Positions 48,546 through 61,019 of a DNA stretch of 64,000 nucleotides are shown piece after piece. The notes beneath the pieces were generated by a model. It saw only the letters and a list, made by a program, of their open reading frames with translations. It was not told where the DNA came from and did no database searches. The DNA comes from Octopus sinensis (Eukaryota): contig NC_043011.1 of NCBI RefSeq assembly GCF_006345805.1, positions 25,866,464 through 25,930,463 on the forward strand, in the 5' to 3' direction. How positions within the stretch are numbered: the stretch's first letter is position 1; each line of letters opens with the position of its first letter. Both the position numbers and the translations under genes were made by a program.

Positions 48546-49289
48546 AATCGATGCCATTACTTTATTTATCGACTTTGAACGGATAAAAGGCAAAGTTTAC
48601 TTTGGCGAAATTTGAACTCGGAATGTAAAGAGCCGAAGCAATTACCTAAAGGTGTTTGTCCGACGACTTAACATTTCTGCCAATCGACTACCTTCAAATA
48701 ACGACACTAACAACACAAACTAATCAGTTAAAAACATATATATACAAAAACATACATGTTAATCATCAATGCTGTAAAGAATAGGGTATATTAAAATAAA
48801 AAACAATACTGGAATCACCTAAAGTATACATTGACAACAAGCTCATCGCATTTGATTAATATTTAAATGTCTTGTCAGATGATACAGAAATCAGAATATA
48901 AGAACCAAAATTAACCTACTGATAAAAATACAAATACCAGAAGAAAATATACTCAGACATAAGATTAGCTGACAAATATAATTGGACATGTCTCACAAGA
49001 CGGAGGCGATTAGCTAGATATATAGCTAATAAATCATATATATACATTATTCATACTGCTTCTAATATTATGCGCCAAAGTATGGAATACAGAATTACAA
49101 AATTGAGATAAAGGAAAACTAATTTCCAACATGGAGTTAAAGAATGCAATAATAAATATGCCGAAGTAGCAACAAAAAAAATATTTCGTTCGTAACTGAA
49201 TATATAAGGCAACAACAGAAGTCTAAGGGAAAATGCTTATGGAAGAATATGATACAAAGCTTACAACAGAAATGATCGATTTTTTTATA

Positions 49290-50625
49290 TAGGTACAAGG
49301 CCAGCAATGTTGAAGGCGGGGACTAGCTGATTACATCGACCCCAGTGTTGAATTGCTACTTATTTTATTGACCCCCCCCCCAGGCAGATTCTACTCCAGC
49401 AGCATTTGAACTCAAAACACCGGACGAAATGCTGCCAATCATTTTGCCCAGCATGCAAACGATTCTACCAGCTCACCGGCTTTTTTTTTTTTTTTTTTGC
49501 AACAGAATCGTTAGCGCGCCAGGCAAAATGCTTTCGTTCGTCTTTGCGTTCTGAGTTCAAATGTCGCAAAGTTGGCTTTGCCTTTCATCATTTCGGGGTT
49601 GACAAAATAGTACCAGTCGAGCACTGGGGTCGATGTAATCGTCTTAGCCCAATTCCCGAAATTGTTGGTCTTGTGCCAAAATTTGAGACCAATATCTTAT
49701 TACCAATACCAGTTATACTTTGTTGACTTATGGACATTAGGCTCCCTAGACTATGTCACCACACTAGTTCTCCCATCCTTATTAAGGCTGCATTAGACGT
49801 CGTGCAATTGTTTTTGATACATTTAAAAGCAAAAACAAAGCTCGTTTTATACGCCGGTAGCGAGATAATGTGCAACAAAGCGCTAGATCTTTTAATTACA
49901 TGCACAATCTATTTTATAGTTATAAAAATGAATTATGACGCTAGGAGTTATTGAATATGTGTACTATATTTGATATTAGTTTTTTGATCGTATGTGTTTT
50001 TTTCTTCATATCTGATTTAAGGCAGTGAGCTGGCAGAATCGTTAACACGTCGGACAAAATGCGTTGTGACATCTATTCTGGCTTTTTTTACATGACGTGC
50101 TCAAAACTTAATAAAGTCAGCTTTGCCTTTCATCGTTTCGAGATCGGTAAAATAAAGTACTAATCCATTACTGAGGTTGCTGTAATCAACTAACCCCATC
50201 TCCCTAAAATTTCTGACTTTATACCAAAATTTGAAACCATAAATCGTGACGAGCTGGTAGATTCGTTATTGCGTCGGGCAAAATGCTTAGCGACTTGTTT
50301 TTCCGCCTCTTTACGTTCTGAGTTCAAATTCCACCAGGATCATTGGGGGTCGACGTAATGAACTAACCTTTTTCTCCTAAAATTGATATCTTCTGCCAAA
50401 ATCTGAAACCATAAATGGCGGCGATCTGGCGAAATCGTTAGCACTTCAGGCGAAATGCTTACCAACATTTCTTCTGTTATTTTCTTTCTGAATTCAAATT
50501 TCACCAAAGTCGACTTTGACTTTTATCCTTTCGATGTCGATAAAATAACACTGGGGTCGATGTAATCGACTTGCCCCCGCCCCAGCCTAGAACTGCTGGC
50601 CATGTGCCATAATTTGCAACCATTA
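49290..50625. mobile_element. SINE family B cluster (- 49290-49455; + 49500-49690, 50025-50240, 50245-50415, 50415-50625)
   Basis: Repeated gagctggcagaatcgtta..ctttgcctttcatc..ctggggtcgatgtaatcgac. Confidence 0.8.
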
Positions 50626-50897
50626 TTAAACATTGAATGAATACCTACAAATGTATGTGTCATAATAAAAATATAAACGTGAAATTTCCAAGGGTCCCAC
50701 TGATACTTTATAACTAAATCAACAGATAGTATATAAACCTGTTTGTCTTTTTCTGTACTACTTTACACATTTTTTATAATTTATTTAATTAACGAATTAT
50801 AAAATGTTTAAATTAGTACAGGTTTCATATGGAAAAAGATAGACTTATCTAATTTATAATTTATTAAGTAACTGATTAGGTAGTGGGTAGCGATTTT

Positions 50898-51165
50898 CTT
50901 CACTACTCCAGGGAGTGGCGACCCTGCCTGACACGAGTCCCGGGCTCAGCTGGCTCCGGCTGACAGTACCCGGTATGGGCCCCTAACCAGGGTTACGGAA
51001 AGGAGGCAACCTTCAAAGAAATCCGGAGTGGAGCCCCGTAGGCGGTTTAGTGTTCAGCCCAACACTCTTCCGGCTGATTCAGACCTGATATAAGAAGGCC
51101 TTCCTTCACGGAACAGCAAAATCCGAAAGGAAAAGGCAAGGATCCAATTGGAGACAGCCCTGTTA
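50898..51165 (+). mobile_element. RTE-type 5'UTR fragment
   Basis: aaagaaatccggagtggagccccgtaggcggtt resembles the conserved BovB-like 5'UTR; GC-rich island. Recognised by eye only. Confidence 0.5.
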
Positions 51166-51200
51166 AGGTTGGCAGTTGATGGTGGTGGTGGTGGTGATGT

Positions 51201-51237
<37 letters not shown>

Positions 51238-51959
51238 GGTGGTGGTGGTGGTGGTGGTAGTAGTAGTAGTAATAGCAGCAGCAGCAGCAGTAGTAGTAGT
51301 GGAGTGGCGTGTTTTTATCCAGCTGGAAGAAATGTCGTCGAGCATTTTGTCCAGCGTACAAAGGGTTTTCCCATCCTTACACTAAATGATAATAGAAAAT
51401 AACAAAGGCAAGCAAATAAAGAAACGTAGAGGGTTAAAGCTCTAAGGAGTGGGTGAAGTGGTCAGTGCGGGGAATACTGAGGGTAGGATACAATAGGAGT
51501 GACGAGAGCAGATAGATGAATGGGCCGAGGAGATGGTTCTTTACTGGAGTGGGGGTTTTGTAACTAACTAGTTCAGAAGAGCATAGACTGTTTTTAGTGG
51601 CTATAAAACAGAGAGAAGAGACAGGGGGTCTTTTGGCGAAGACTAAGGTCAGAAATAATTTTTATAAAATTTGACGTATGTCAAAATTTATGTGAAATTA
51701 ATAAATTAGATGAGAAATTTTTTTAATTAAAGGGGAAATAACGATGGAGCGGAAAAAAATTAATTGTTTAACTTTATTCTTTTCTTTTATTTGTATCAGT
51801 CATTAGACTGTGGCTATGCTGGGGCACCGTTTTTGGTGGAGTTTAGTCGAACAAACTGACGTCAATGTACATATTTTTTTTACAATCTGGTGAATACCCT
51901 AACCACAACACACACACACACACACCACACACACACACACACACAATATATATATATAT

Positions 51960-52330
51960 ATATAGGGAAGCTTTATGAAAATAGACAAAAGACGAAGGCA
52001 GGTGGAAAACAAACAAACAATTGTATTAGTATGGCGCTCAGGAAATATAAATAAAACAAGTCTTTAACCTTTCGAGCCTACGCTCTTCAACAGAAAGATA
52101 CACAGAGAAAAAAAACACAGAAAGAAGGAGAGAAAAAAATATGGCGATCTGATTTCGGCCAGAAGTCAAAGATCAAACATGAGACGCGAGAGCGAAATTA
52201 GGGGAGATAATAGGGTTGAATGACCTACTCCAACATAAGGGTGTGTGTGTGTGTATGAGAGAGTATTAGTACGTATGAGAGGTCTGGACGTGTGTATGTA
52301 TATATGATGTGATGTGTAAAGTCGTGTGGT
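51960..52330 (-). mobile_element. PLE pLTR-like remnant with a hammerhead-like motif (52061-52098)
   Basis: Minus strand TCTTT-CTGTTGA-A-GAGC[GTAG]GCTC-GAAA-GGTT^AAAGA, in the same context as the 17651 and 30359 copies. Confidence 0.6.
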
Positions 52331-52334
52331 GTAG

Positions 52335-52775
52335 TGTGGAGAGAGGAGAAGAGGGGGAGGGGGAGAGAGGAGGGGGGATATAGGAGGGGGAGAATGAAGG
52401 GGAGGAGGAAGGAGGAAAGAGGGAGAGGGGGAGAGAGAAGGGGAGTGAGGGAGCAGAGGGAAGGGGAAGAGGGAAGGAGGGAGGGAGAAAGAGGGGGAGG
52501 AGGAAGGAGGAAAGAGGGAGAGGGGGAGAGAGAAGGGGAGTGAGGGAGCAGAGGGAAGGAGGGAGGGAGAAAGAGGGGGAGGAGGAAGGAGGAAAGAGGA
52601 AGAGGGGAGAGAGAAGGGGAGTGAGGGAGCAGAGGGAAGGAGGGAGGGAGAAAGAGGGAAGAAGGGAAGGGGAGTAGGGGTGAAAGGATGAAGGACTGAA
52701 GAGAAGTAGGGGTCGGGGGGGAGGTAGGTGAGGAGGGGAGAGGGGGAGGGGGTTAGATGAGGAGGGGGGGAGAGT
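52335..52775. repeat. Polypurine tract built from repeated ~60-80-bp GA-rich units
   Basis: ggaggaaggaggaaagagg..gaaggggagtgagggagcagagggaagg occurs three times; almost no pyrimidines. Confidence 0.9.
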
Positions 52776-52994
52776 TGAGACCAAATGGCGTATAAGAGCA
52801 AAGAGAGAAGATTAATTCCTGTTCACGGCGCAAACGGGAATCCGGATGGCCTCTGTGTAAGGACAAACCGAACACAGACAGGTGTTGCAAGGAGTGACCG
52901 GTGGAGCGGAAATGGCGTGAGACCGAATGTAACTATACATGTGCCGTTGTCTATTTCTTTTCCTTATTTTTCTTTTTTGACTTTTCCCTTTCTC

Positions 52995-53030
52995 CTTTCC
53001 GACGAAGAGCTATGCTCGAAACGTCACACT
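52995..53030 (+). ncRNA. Degenerate minimal hammerhead motif, probably inactive
   Basis: CCGACGA-A-GAGC[TAT]GCTC-GAAA-CGTC, with a U4>C change and helix I lost. Confidence 0.45.
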
Positions 53031-53106
53031 CTCTCCTTTCACTGAGGACCAAACTAATTCATTTCTAATGCATGTTCTCATGTTGTCTATATATATATAT
53101 ATATAT

Positions 53107-53159
<53 letters not shown>

Positions 53160-53364
53160 TAGATAGATAAATAGATAGACAGACGGAGACAGACAGACAG
53201 ATAGATAGATATGTAAGGAGCAAATTTCAGGAGTGAAAATTTATAAAGATATTATTATTGTTATTATTATACAGGGTAATATAAATAGTTGATGATAACA
53301 ACAATAATATAAGCAGTTGCAGGCCTAAAATAGCATTATATAGCTATAGAATAAAAATTTATAT

Positions 53365-53486
53365 CAATCATCTGGGCAAACAAATGTGCCTACCTGTTAG
53401 AAATAAGAGTTAAAACCCGCATTTAAACTACCAGGGTTTTAACTCTTATTTCTAGCAGTAGGCACATTTGTTTTCCCTTATGATTG
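53365..53486. repeat. Foldback inverted repeat (~53-bp arms, 15-bp spacer)
   Basis: caaatgtgcctacctgttagaaataagagttaaaaccc / gggttttaactcttatttctagcagtaggcacatttg. Confidence 0.9.
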
Positions 53487-53729
53487 CTCTGTGTGTGTGT
53501 GTGTGTGTGTGTGTTGTGTGTGTGTGTGTGTGTGTGTGAAAACTTTTGTCTTTGTGAAAAATTACTTAATACAGTTTTTAAGTATAAAGGGGATAGTTTT
53601 TTTTTAATTATTTCTAAAAAAAAGTTATGAAATCTTTTATCAGGATGTTACCAACCTTTTTTGGAATAAGTTTTTATCCTAGTGTGTGAGGGCTTTCGAT
53701 TAACCGTTTTGAAACACAGGACAGGACTC

Positions 53730-54735
53730 CACACAGTTTCAGTGAACCTTTTCAAACATACAATGTTTCCATCTGCTAAATTTACCCACAAGGTACTGAT
53801 TGGCCCGAGGCTATGATAGAAGACGTTTGTCCAAGATGCCACTCAGCAGGCCTGAACCTGGAACTGTGTGGTTGCAAAGGGAGCTTTTAGACCATACACT
53901 CATGTCTGCACCTATAGTTATTTATTATAATGTTATTTTAACTTGCTTCAGTCATTAGACTGTGGTCAAGCTGGGGCACCACTTTGACAAATTCTTTTAG
54001 TCGAATTAATCGACCCTAGCACTTAATTTTGTTAATCCTCTTTTACTCTTTTACTTGTTTCAGTCATTTGACTGTGGCCATGCTAGAGCATTGCCTTTAG
54101 TTGAGCAAATCGACCCCAGGACTTATTCTTTGTAAGCCTAGTACTTATTCTATCGGTCTCTTTTGCTGAACCGCTAAGTTATGGGGACGTAAACATACCA
54201 GCATCGGTTGTCAAGCATTGTTGGGGGGACAAACACAGACACACAAACATATGCACAAACATACACATACATATATACATATATACGATGGGCTTCTTTC
54301 AGTTTCTGTCTACCAAATCGACTCACAAAGCTTTGATCGGCAATGTTATAGTAGAAGACACTTGCCCAAGGTGCCATGTGGTAGGACTGAACCAAGAACC
54401 ATGTGGTTCGTTAGCAAGCTACTTACCACACAGCCACTCCTACGCTTATAATTATTCTATCAGTCTTCTTTGCCGAACCACTAGAATTTTGGGGACATGA
54501 ACACACCATTACTGTTATCAAGCAGTGTTGGGGTGGGGACAGACACCAACGCAAAGACACACACACACACACACATATACATAGGTCAGGCTTCTTTCAC
54601 TTTCTGTCTACCAAATCCACTCACAACACTTTGGTCAGCCTAAGGCTATAATAGAAGACACTTGCCCAAGATTTTGCTCAGTGGACCTGTACCCGGAACC
54701 ACATGGTTTCTTAACCTCTCAGCCATGCTTGCGCC
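53730..54735 (-). mobile_element. SINE family A cluster (4 copies or fragments; full copy 54040-54445)
   Basis: Family-A sequence repeated on the minus strand. Confidence 0.88.
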
Positions 54736-55096
54736 TATATGTATTTATCTGTTTATTTATTAATTTATTTTATTTTTATTATTAAAATTATGAGCTATTT
54801 CGATAATTTACGCAGTAATAATGTTTTGTAATATAAACACGTTTCAAAATTTGTGGATGTGATATGGTCGATCATAATAACTCCTATATTTCACTGATAA
54901 TTAGTATAATTGACTATTGAAGGATGAAAGGCAAGGTTGACTGTTGTGGGATTTGAACAGAGAATGCAAAAAGCTGAGGCTATACACATACTTTTGTTGA
55001 CAGTGTCTAATGGATGTTGTTTAAATTTCATTGATGGCAGGAACTCTTTCTCTTGAAATCTGTAACTAGAACATACACACACACACACACACATAT

Positions 55097-55312
55097 TGGT
55101 TTCAAATTTTGGCACAAGGCCAGCTGTTTCGGAGGTGGGGGTAAGTCGATTACATCACTCCCAGAGTTCAAGTAATACTTATTTTAGCAACCCCCAAAGA
55201 ATGAAAGGCAAAGTGGATCTCGGTGGAATTTGAACTCAGGATGTAAAGATGGATGAAATACCGCAAAACATTTTGCCCGGCATGCTAATGACTCTACCAG
55301 TTCACTACCTTT
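55097..55312 (-). mobile_element. SINE family B
   Basis: ttggtttcaaattttggcacaaggcc..gaatgaaaggcaaagtggatctcggtggaatttga. Confidence 0.8.
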
Positions 55313-55396
55313 CACATGCACATGCACACAAGCACACACACACACACATATGTTAAGAAAGCAATGACCACAAAAAGAAGACAGCACATACGAGAG

Positions 55397-55830
55397 GCAC
55401 AAGCATAGGAGTGGCTATGTGGTAAGTAGCTAGCTTCCCAACCACATGGTTCCAGGTTCAGTCCCACTGCGTGGCACCTTGGGCAAGTGTCTTCTACTAT
55501 AGCCTCGGGCCGACCAAAGCCTTGTGAGCGGATTTGGTAGATGGAAACTGAAAGAAGCCCATCGTATATATGTATATATGTGTGTATATATATATGTGTG
55601 TGTATGTTTGTGTGTCTGTGTTTGTCCCCACCATCGCTTGACAACCAATGCTAGTGTTTTTACGTCCCTGTAACATAACAGTTCAGCAAAAGAGAATGAT
55701 AGAATAAGTACTAGGTTTACGACTGATAGAATAAGTACTAGGCTTACGAAGAATAAGTCCTGGGGTCGATTTGCTCGACTAAGGTGGTGCTCCAGCATGG
55801 CCACAGTCAAATGACTGAAACAAGTAAAAG
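55397..55830 (+). mobile_element. SINE family A, full-length, with internal duplication of gatagaataagtactagg
   Basis: Head-to-tail match to the other family-A copies. Confidence 0.9.
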
Positions 55831-55960
55831 AGTATTTTAACAAGCATTGTAGTAGTTTAATGCTAAAAAAAGGAAAGGAAGTGTCTTGACATTTTGGATG
55901 CGAGTTCTTAATCAAAGAAAGAAAGAAAAAATAGAAGAACGAGCAAAAATGATAGGAAAA

Positions 55961-56370
55961 TCTATATATATGAAACTCAACTTGTGTGTCTGTGTGTGTA
56001 TCTGTGTGTGTGTCTGTGTGTTTAACTTCCCGGCACATCTCCTAGCCAACAAATCGTAGAACCACCAAAAATGGGTCACTTAAAGTTTAGGCGAATGAAA
56101 ATTGAACTGCCCTAAACATTGTAGAAATTCGGCAAAGAAAGGAATTTTCGGGATGTAGCCTGGAAGGTTTTTTCATATTAATCATTTGGACTTTGTAAAT
56201 ACATACCAATTGTTTTCAAAACATTTTTAACGCTTTGAATTAAATGTGACCATTTTGCGTTGAGTCTGCAGTTTGAATCACTTTAACCAAATTTTAGCAG
56301 GCCGGATTTTTGATCATCACGATAGATCGCCAGCGACTCCCTGAAACACTCCCCTGAAATCCCCGTTGAG
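55961..56370 (+). mobile_element. Helitron-like 5' segment
   Basis: A|TCTATATATATGAAACTCAAC then (GT/GTCT)n; 3' end not identified. Confidence 0.5.
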
Positions 56371-56649
56371 AAATCTAATATATATATAATAATACTTTGA
56401 ATGTGACTCCTGAGAAAGAGTAAAAGTAATTATCTGATGAACGACGGGTATTACTGCTAGTATAAAATAAATGGCAAAAGGCAGTTGGAAGAAATGGAGA
56501 GGAGTCGGGAATGTGGTTCAATGGCAGATTAGGAAGGGAGAAGGGGATGATTAGTGTGTGCATGTATAAATATGGCACAGCAGGGTGGTGTATGTGTGTT
56601 GTAGAATGGTGGGGACGTGTGGTTTCTTGTGATGTGTGTGGCTTTTAGA

Positions 56650-56795
56650 GCTATGCAAGTTTACTCTGGCAATCTGCCACAGGATAACTCATTTTTGCCA
56701 GCCAAGCGGACCGGAACAATGGGAAATGAAGTGTTTTACTCATGAACATAATGTGGGACCTGGTCCTGGATTCGAAACCACAATCTTACGATCTT
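56650..56795 (-). mobile_element. Fragment of another tRNA-derived SINE
   Basis: Minus strand gatcgtaagattgtggtttcgaatccaggacc (B box) ..gagtaaaacacttcattt. Confidence 0.55.
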
Positions 56796-56924
56796 CCCTC
56801 CTCTCTCTCTCTCTCCCACACCCTTCACTATATCTCCCCCTCGCATTGCAACAGTGACTTGTTTCAGTGATTCTTTCTAGCAATGGCTTTGCTCGCATAT
56901 AAGAAAGCAGCTTATGTGTGTGTG

Positions 56925-57805
56925 TGTGTACATACATTCACACCTATAGATATATGCATACACACATACACATGCGTACATATACGCACATACACATACA
57001 TACATATAGGTGTGTACATACATACACACCTATACATATATGCATACACACATACACATGCGTACATATAGGCACATACACATACATACATATAGGTGTG
57101 TACATACATACACACCTATACATATATGCATACACACATACACATGTGTACATATACGCACATACACATACATTCATATAGGTGTGTACATACATACACA
57201 CCTATAGATATATGCATACACACATACACATGCGTACATATACGCACATACACATACATACATATAGGTGTGTACATACATACACACCTATAGATATATG
57301 CATACACACATACACATGCGTACATATACGCACATACACATACATTCATATAGGTGTGTACATACATACACACCTATAGATATATGCATACACACATACA
57401 CATGCGTACATATACGCACATACACATACATATAGGTGTGTACATACACACCTATAGATATATGCATACACACATACACATGTGTACATATACGCACATA
57501 CACATACATTCATATAGGTGTGTACATACATACACACCTATAGATATATGCATACACACATACACATGCGTACATATACGCACATACACATACATTCATA
57601 TAGGTGTGTACATACATACACACCTATAGATATATGCATACACACATACACATGTGTACATATACGCACATACACATACATTCATATAGGTGTGTACATA
57701 CATACACACCTATAGATATATGCATACACACATACACATGCGTACATATACGTGCATACACATACATACATACTCATGCATACATACATACATACACACA
57801 CCTAT
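56925..57805. repeat. 86-bp minisatellite, about 10 units, with an internal 10-bp inverted repeat
   Basis: cacacctata starts at 56939, 57025, 57111, 57197, 57283, 57369, 57447, 57533, 57619 and 57705; each unit carries tataggtgtg. Confidence 0.95.
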
Positions 57806-57811
57806 ATATAT

Positions 57812-57839
<28 letters not shown>

Positions 57840-57845
<6 letters not shown>

Positions 57846-58333
57846 CATATACACATACACACCCATACACATGCGTGTATACATGTATATATGTCCATAT
57901 ATGCATTATTAAACAATTAAAGAATAAGATTGGAGAGTTTTAAAAAATGCATGCATACGTATGTATGTCTGTGTATGTGCATATATGTATGCATGTGTAT
58001 GTGTGCAATGCATATATCTAGGGGTGTGTGTGTATGTGTGCACATATATATATATGCATATATGCAAATGGGTTTAAGTACATAAGTATGCCGGTCTATA
58101 TAATAGTGCATACACGTATGTATGTGTATGTGTGTGTGCATGTTTGTATATCAATATACACTTCTTTCCTTATCTCTCTGATTCCACAGCCCCACTTTCA
58201 CATTAGCCAGTACAATAAAGACCTCTGTCTATTTTTAGAAACTTGACCATTATATCTTATTCTTCCATTCTTTTCTGTGGTTTACTACTCACTTTGTGAG
58301 TGTTCATCTCTATATTTGTATGTCGTCATTATT

Positions 58334-58366
<33 letters not shown>

Positions 58367-58447
58367 TTAACATCCATTTTATGATGATGAGGATGAATAA
58401 CATATATATATATATATACATATATATGATATGTATGTATATGTATC

Positions 58448-58479
<32 letters not shown>

Positions 58480-59080
58480 CAACATACACACCCATACACA
58501 TGCGTGTATACATGTATATATCCATATATGCATTATTAAACAATTAAAGAATAAGATTGGAGAGTTTTAAAAAATGCATGCATACGTATGTATGTCTGTG
58601 TATGTGCATATATGTATGCATGTGTATGGTGTGCCATGCATATATCTAGGGGTGTGTGTATTGTGCACATATATATATATGCATATATGCAAATGGTTTA
58701 AGTACATAAGTATGCCGGTCTATATAATAGTGCATATACGTATGTATGTGTATGTGTGTGTGCATGTTTGTATATCAATATACACCTTTCCTTATCTCCT
58801 CTCTGATTCCACAGCCCCACTTTCACATTAGCCAGTACAATAAAGACCTCTGTCTATTTTTAGAAACTTGACCATTATCTCTTATTCTTCCATTCTTGTC
58901 TGTGGTTTACTACTCACTTTGTGAGTGTTCATCTCTATATTTGTATGTCGTCATTATTAGTCATCATCATCATCATCATCAATCATCATCATCATTAAAA
59001 AACATCCATTTTATGATGATGAGGATGAATAACATATATATATATATATACATATAGATATGGATATGTATATGTATATT
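57840..59080. repeat. ~627-bp tandem duplication
   Basis: gcattattaaacaattaaag at 57903 and 58530; the copies differ mostly by 1-3-nt indels. Confidence 0.9.
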
Positions 59081-59228
59081 AATATATATATATATATATA
59101 TATATATCTATATATATAATATATATATTATTATATATATATATATATATATAATATATTATATATAATATATTAATATATATATAATATATATATTATT
59201 ATATATATATATTATTATTATAATTATT

Positions 59229-59600
59229 ATGGTTCCGGGTTCATATCCCACCTGCATGGCATCTTGGGCAAGTGTCTTCTGCTATAGCCCCAGGCCGACC
59301 AATGCCTTGTGAGTGGATTTGGTAGACGAAACTGAAAGAAGCCTTTCGTATATATGTATATCTATTATATATGTATGTGTGTTTGTGTTTGTGTGTCTGT
59401 GTTTGTCCCCCTAGCATTGCTTGACAACCGATGCTGGGTGTTTACGTCCACGTCACTTAGCGGTTCGGCAAAAAGAGACCGATAGAATAAGTACTGGGCT
59501 TACAAAGAATAAGTCCCGGGGTCAATTTGCTCGACTAAGGCGGTGCCCCAGCATGTTGCAGTCAAATGACTGAAACAAGTAAAAGAGTAAAAGAGTAAAA
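59229..59600 (+). mobile_element. SINE family A
   Basis: atggttccgggttca..cagtcaaatgactgaaacaagtaaaagagtaaaagagta. Confidence 0.88.
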
Positions 59601-59647
59601 ATATAATATATATTATAATTATTTTTTATATATATATATATATATAT

Positions 59648-59691
<44 letters not shown>

Positions 59692-59736
59692 ATATATATA
59701 TATATATATTGTGTGTATATATATATATATATATAA

Positions 59737-60360
59737 ATTGGACATTCGTCCTCAGCCGCCTGGATTACTGCTCACAGCTATGGTCACCCACCAGTTTAAA
59801 ATTAACAGCAGACCTTGAAGCAATCCAGAGAAGATTCACAAAGAAGATCGTGTCTTTGCAACAGCTCAGCTACTGAGAAAGGTTGAAATAGCTAAGACTC
59901 TACTCCCTGGAGAGAAGACGGGAGAAGTATGCAGTAATATATGTCTGGAAGATTCTGGAAGGAATTGTGCCAAATTTTGACATTGTAAGCTACACCAAAG
60001 CTAGAACGGGATGACACGGCTAGTGCCAAAGATCCCAGCAATGCCATCACGTTTCAGGACCAGCTTCTGCAACAGCCTGGGTTTCAAGGGCCCACAGCTT
60101 TTTAATATTCTCCCAAAGAGTCTGAGGAACTTGCACAATGTAGATGTAGCGGTTTTTAAATCAAAGCTGGACATCTTCCTGTCAAGAGTCCCAGATGAAC
60201 CTACTTCACAGCAAGAGGTGCAAATGAGAGTAGCTATATCAAACTGCATTCTTCACCAAGTGCCACATATTAGACGAGGTTCTTCGTAATAATAGTGTAG
60301 CACAAAACGACGGTACATCAGCATGGCCGCAGCTCTGAGCTGAAACTAGAGAAAAAAAAA
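59737..60360 (+). mobile_element. CR1-group LINE 3' fragment with 3'UTR and A-tail
   Basis: FVLSRLDYCSQLWSP..LEAIQRRFTKKI..SY*ERLK*LRLYSLERRREKY..FKGPQLFNILP..FKSKLDIFL, stop at 60289. Confidence 0.88.
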
Positions 60361-60434
60361 TATATATATATATATATACTAGCTTAAGGTGACCCACTCT
60401 ATGCGCGGGTAAGAGTGTGGTTGTTATTTTCTGT

Positions 60435-60740
60435 TGCATCCTTTCGGCACGTAAAAAGCACCATCCGAACGTGGCCGATGGCAGCACCGCCTTGACTGGC
60501 TTCTGTGCCGGTGGCACGTAAAAAGCACCAACTGATTGTGGCACCTGTGCTGGTGGCACGAAAAGAGCACCCACTACAATCACGGAGTGGTTGGCGTTAG
60601 GAAGGGCATCCAGCTGTAGAAACACTGCCAGATCAAACTGGAGCCTGGTGCAGCCTCCTGGCTTCCCAGACCCCAGTCAAACCGTCCAACCTGTGCTAGC
60701 ACGGAAAACGGACGTTAAACGATGATGATGATGATGATGA
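60435..60740 (+). mobile_element. SINE family D 3' part
   Basis: ggcacg(t)aaaaagcacc-like motif three times (60446, 60513, 60555), ggcgttaggaagggcatccagc, ends cgttaaac(gat)n. Confidence 0.75.
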
Positions 60741-61019
60741 TTCTCCCTCTTTGTTTCTCTCTCCCTTTCCCACTCTCTTACTCTTCCTTTCTCTCGGACT
60801 CTCCCTCACTTTCTCTTACTCTCTATCTTTCTCTATCTATCTCTCCCATTTATAAACAACAAAAGATCTTGAGTAAGTTGAGAAAGAAAGTAGTTTGAAA
60901 GATCAATCATAAATATCAGGCAGTGACAACGGAAAGGTCTGCTTCAAGGCAGAAAGCAAAACACTAACATTTAAAAGGGACAGACGAACTTGCGAGCTGA
61001 ATAAAAATAAAAAAATATT

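Noticed and set aside
50898-50990. HDV-like ribozyme in the RTE 5'UTR fragment
   Set aside because: I could not build P1, P1.1 and P2 with a catalytic C by eye; a descriptor search would be needed.
52166-52801. Pro/Ser/Leu-rich 211-aa and 172-aa ORFs
   Set aside because: They are the reverse complement of a polypurine tract.
56925-57805. CRISPR-like array
   Set aside because: Whole units repeat with no unique spacers, the context is eukaryotic, and there are no cas genes. The same applies to the 80-bp and 183-bp arrays.
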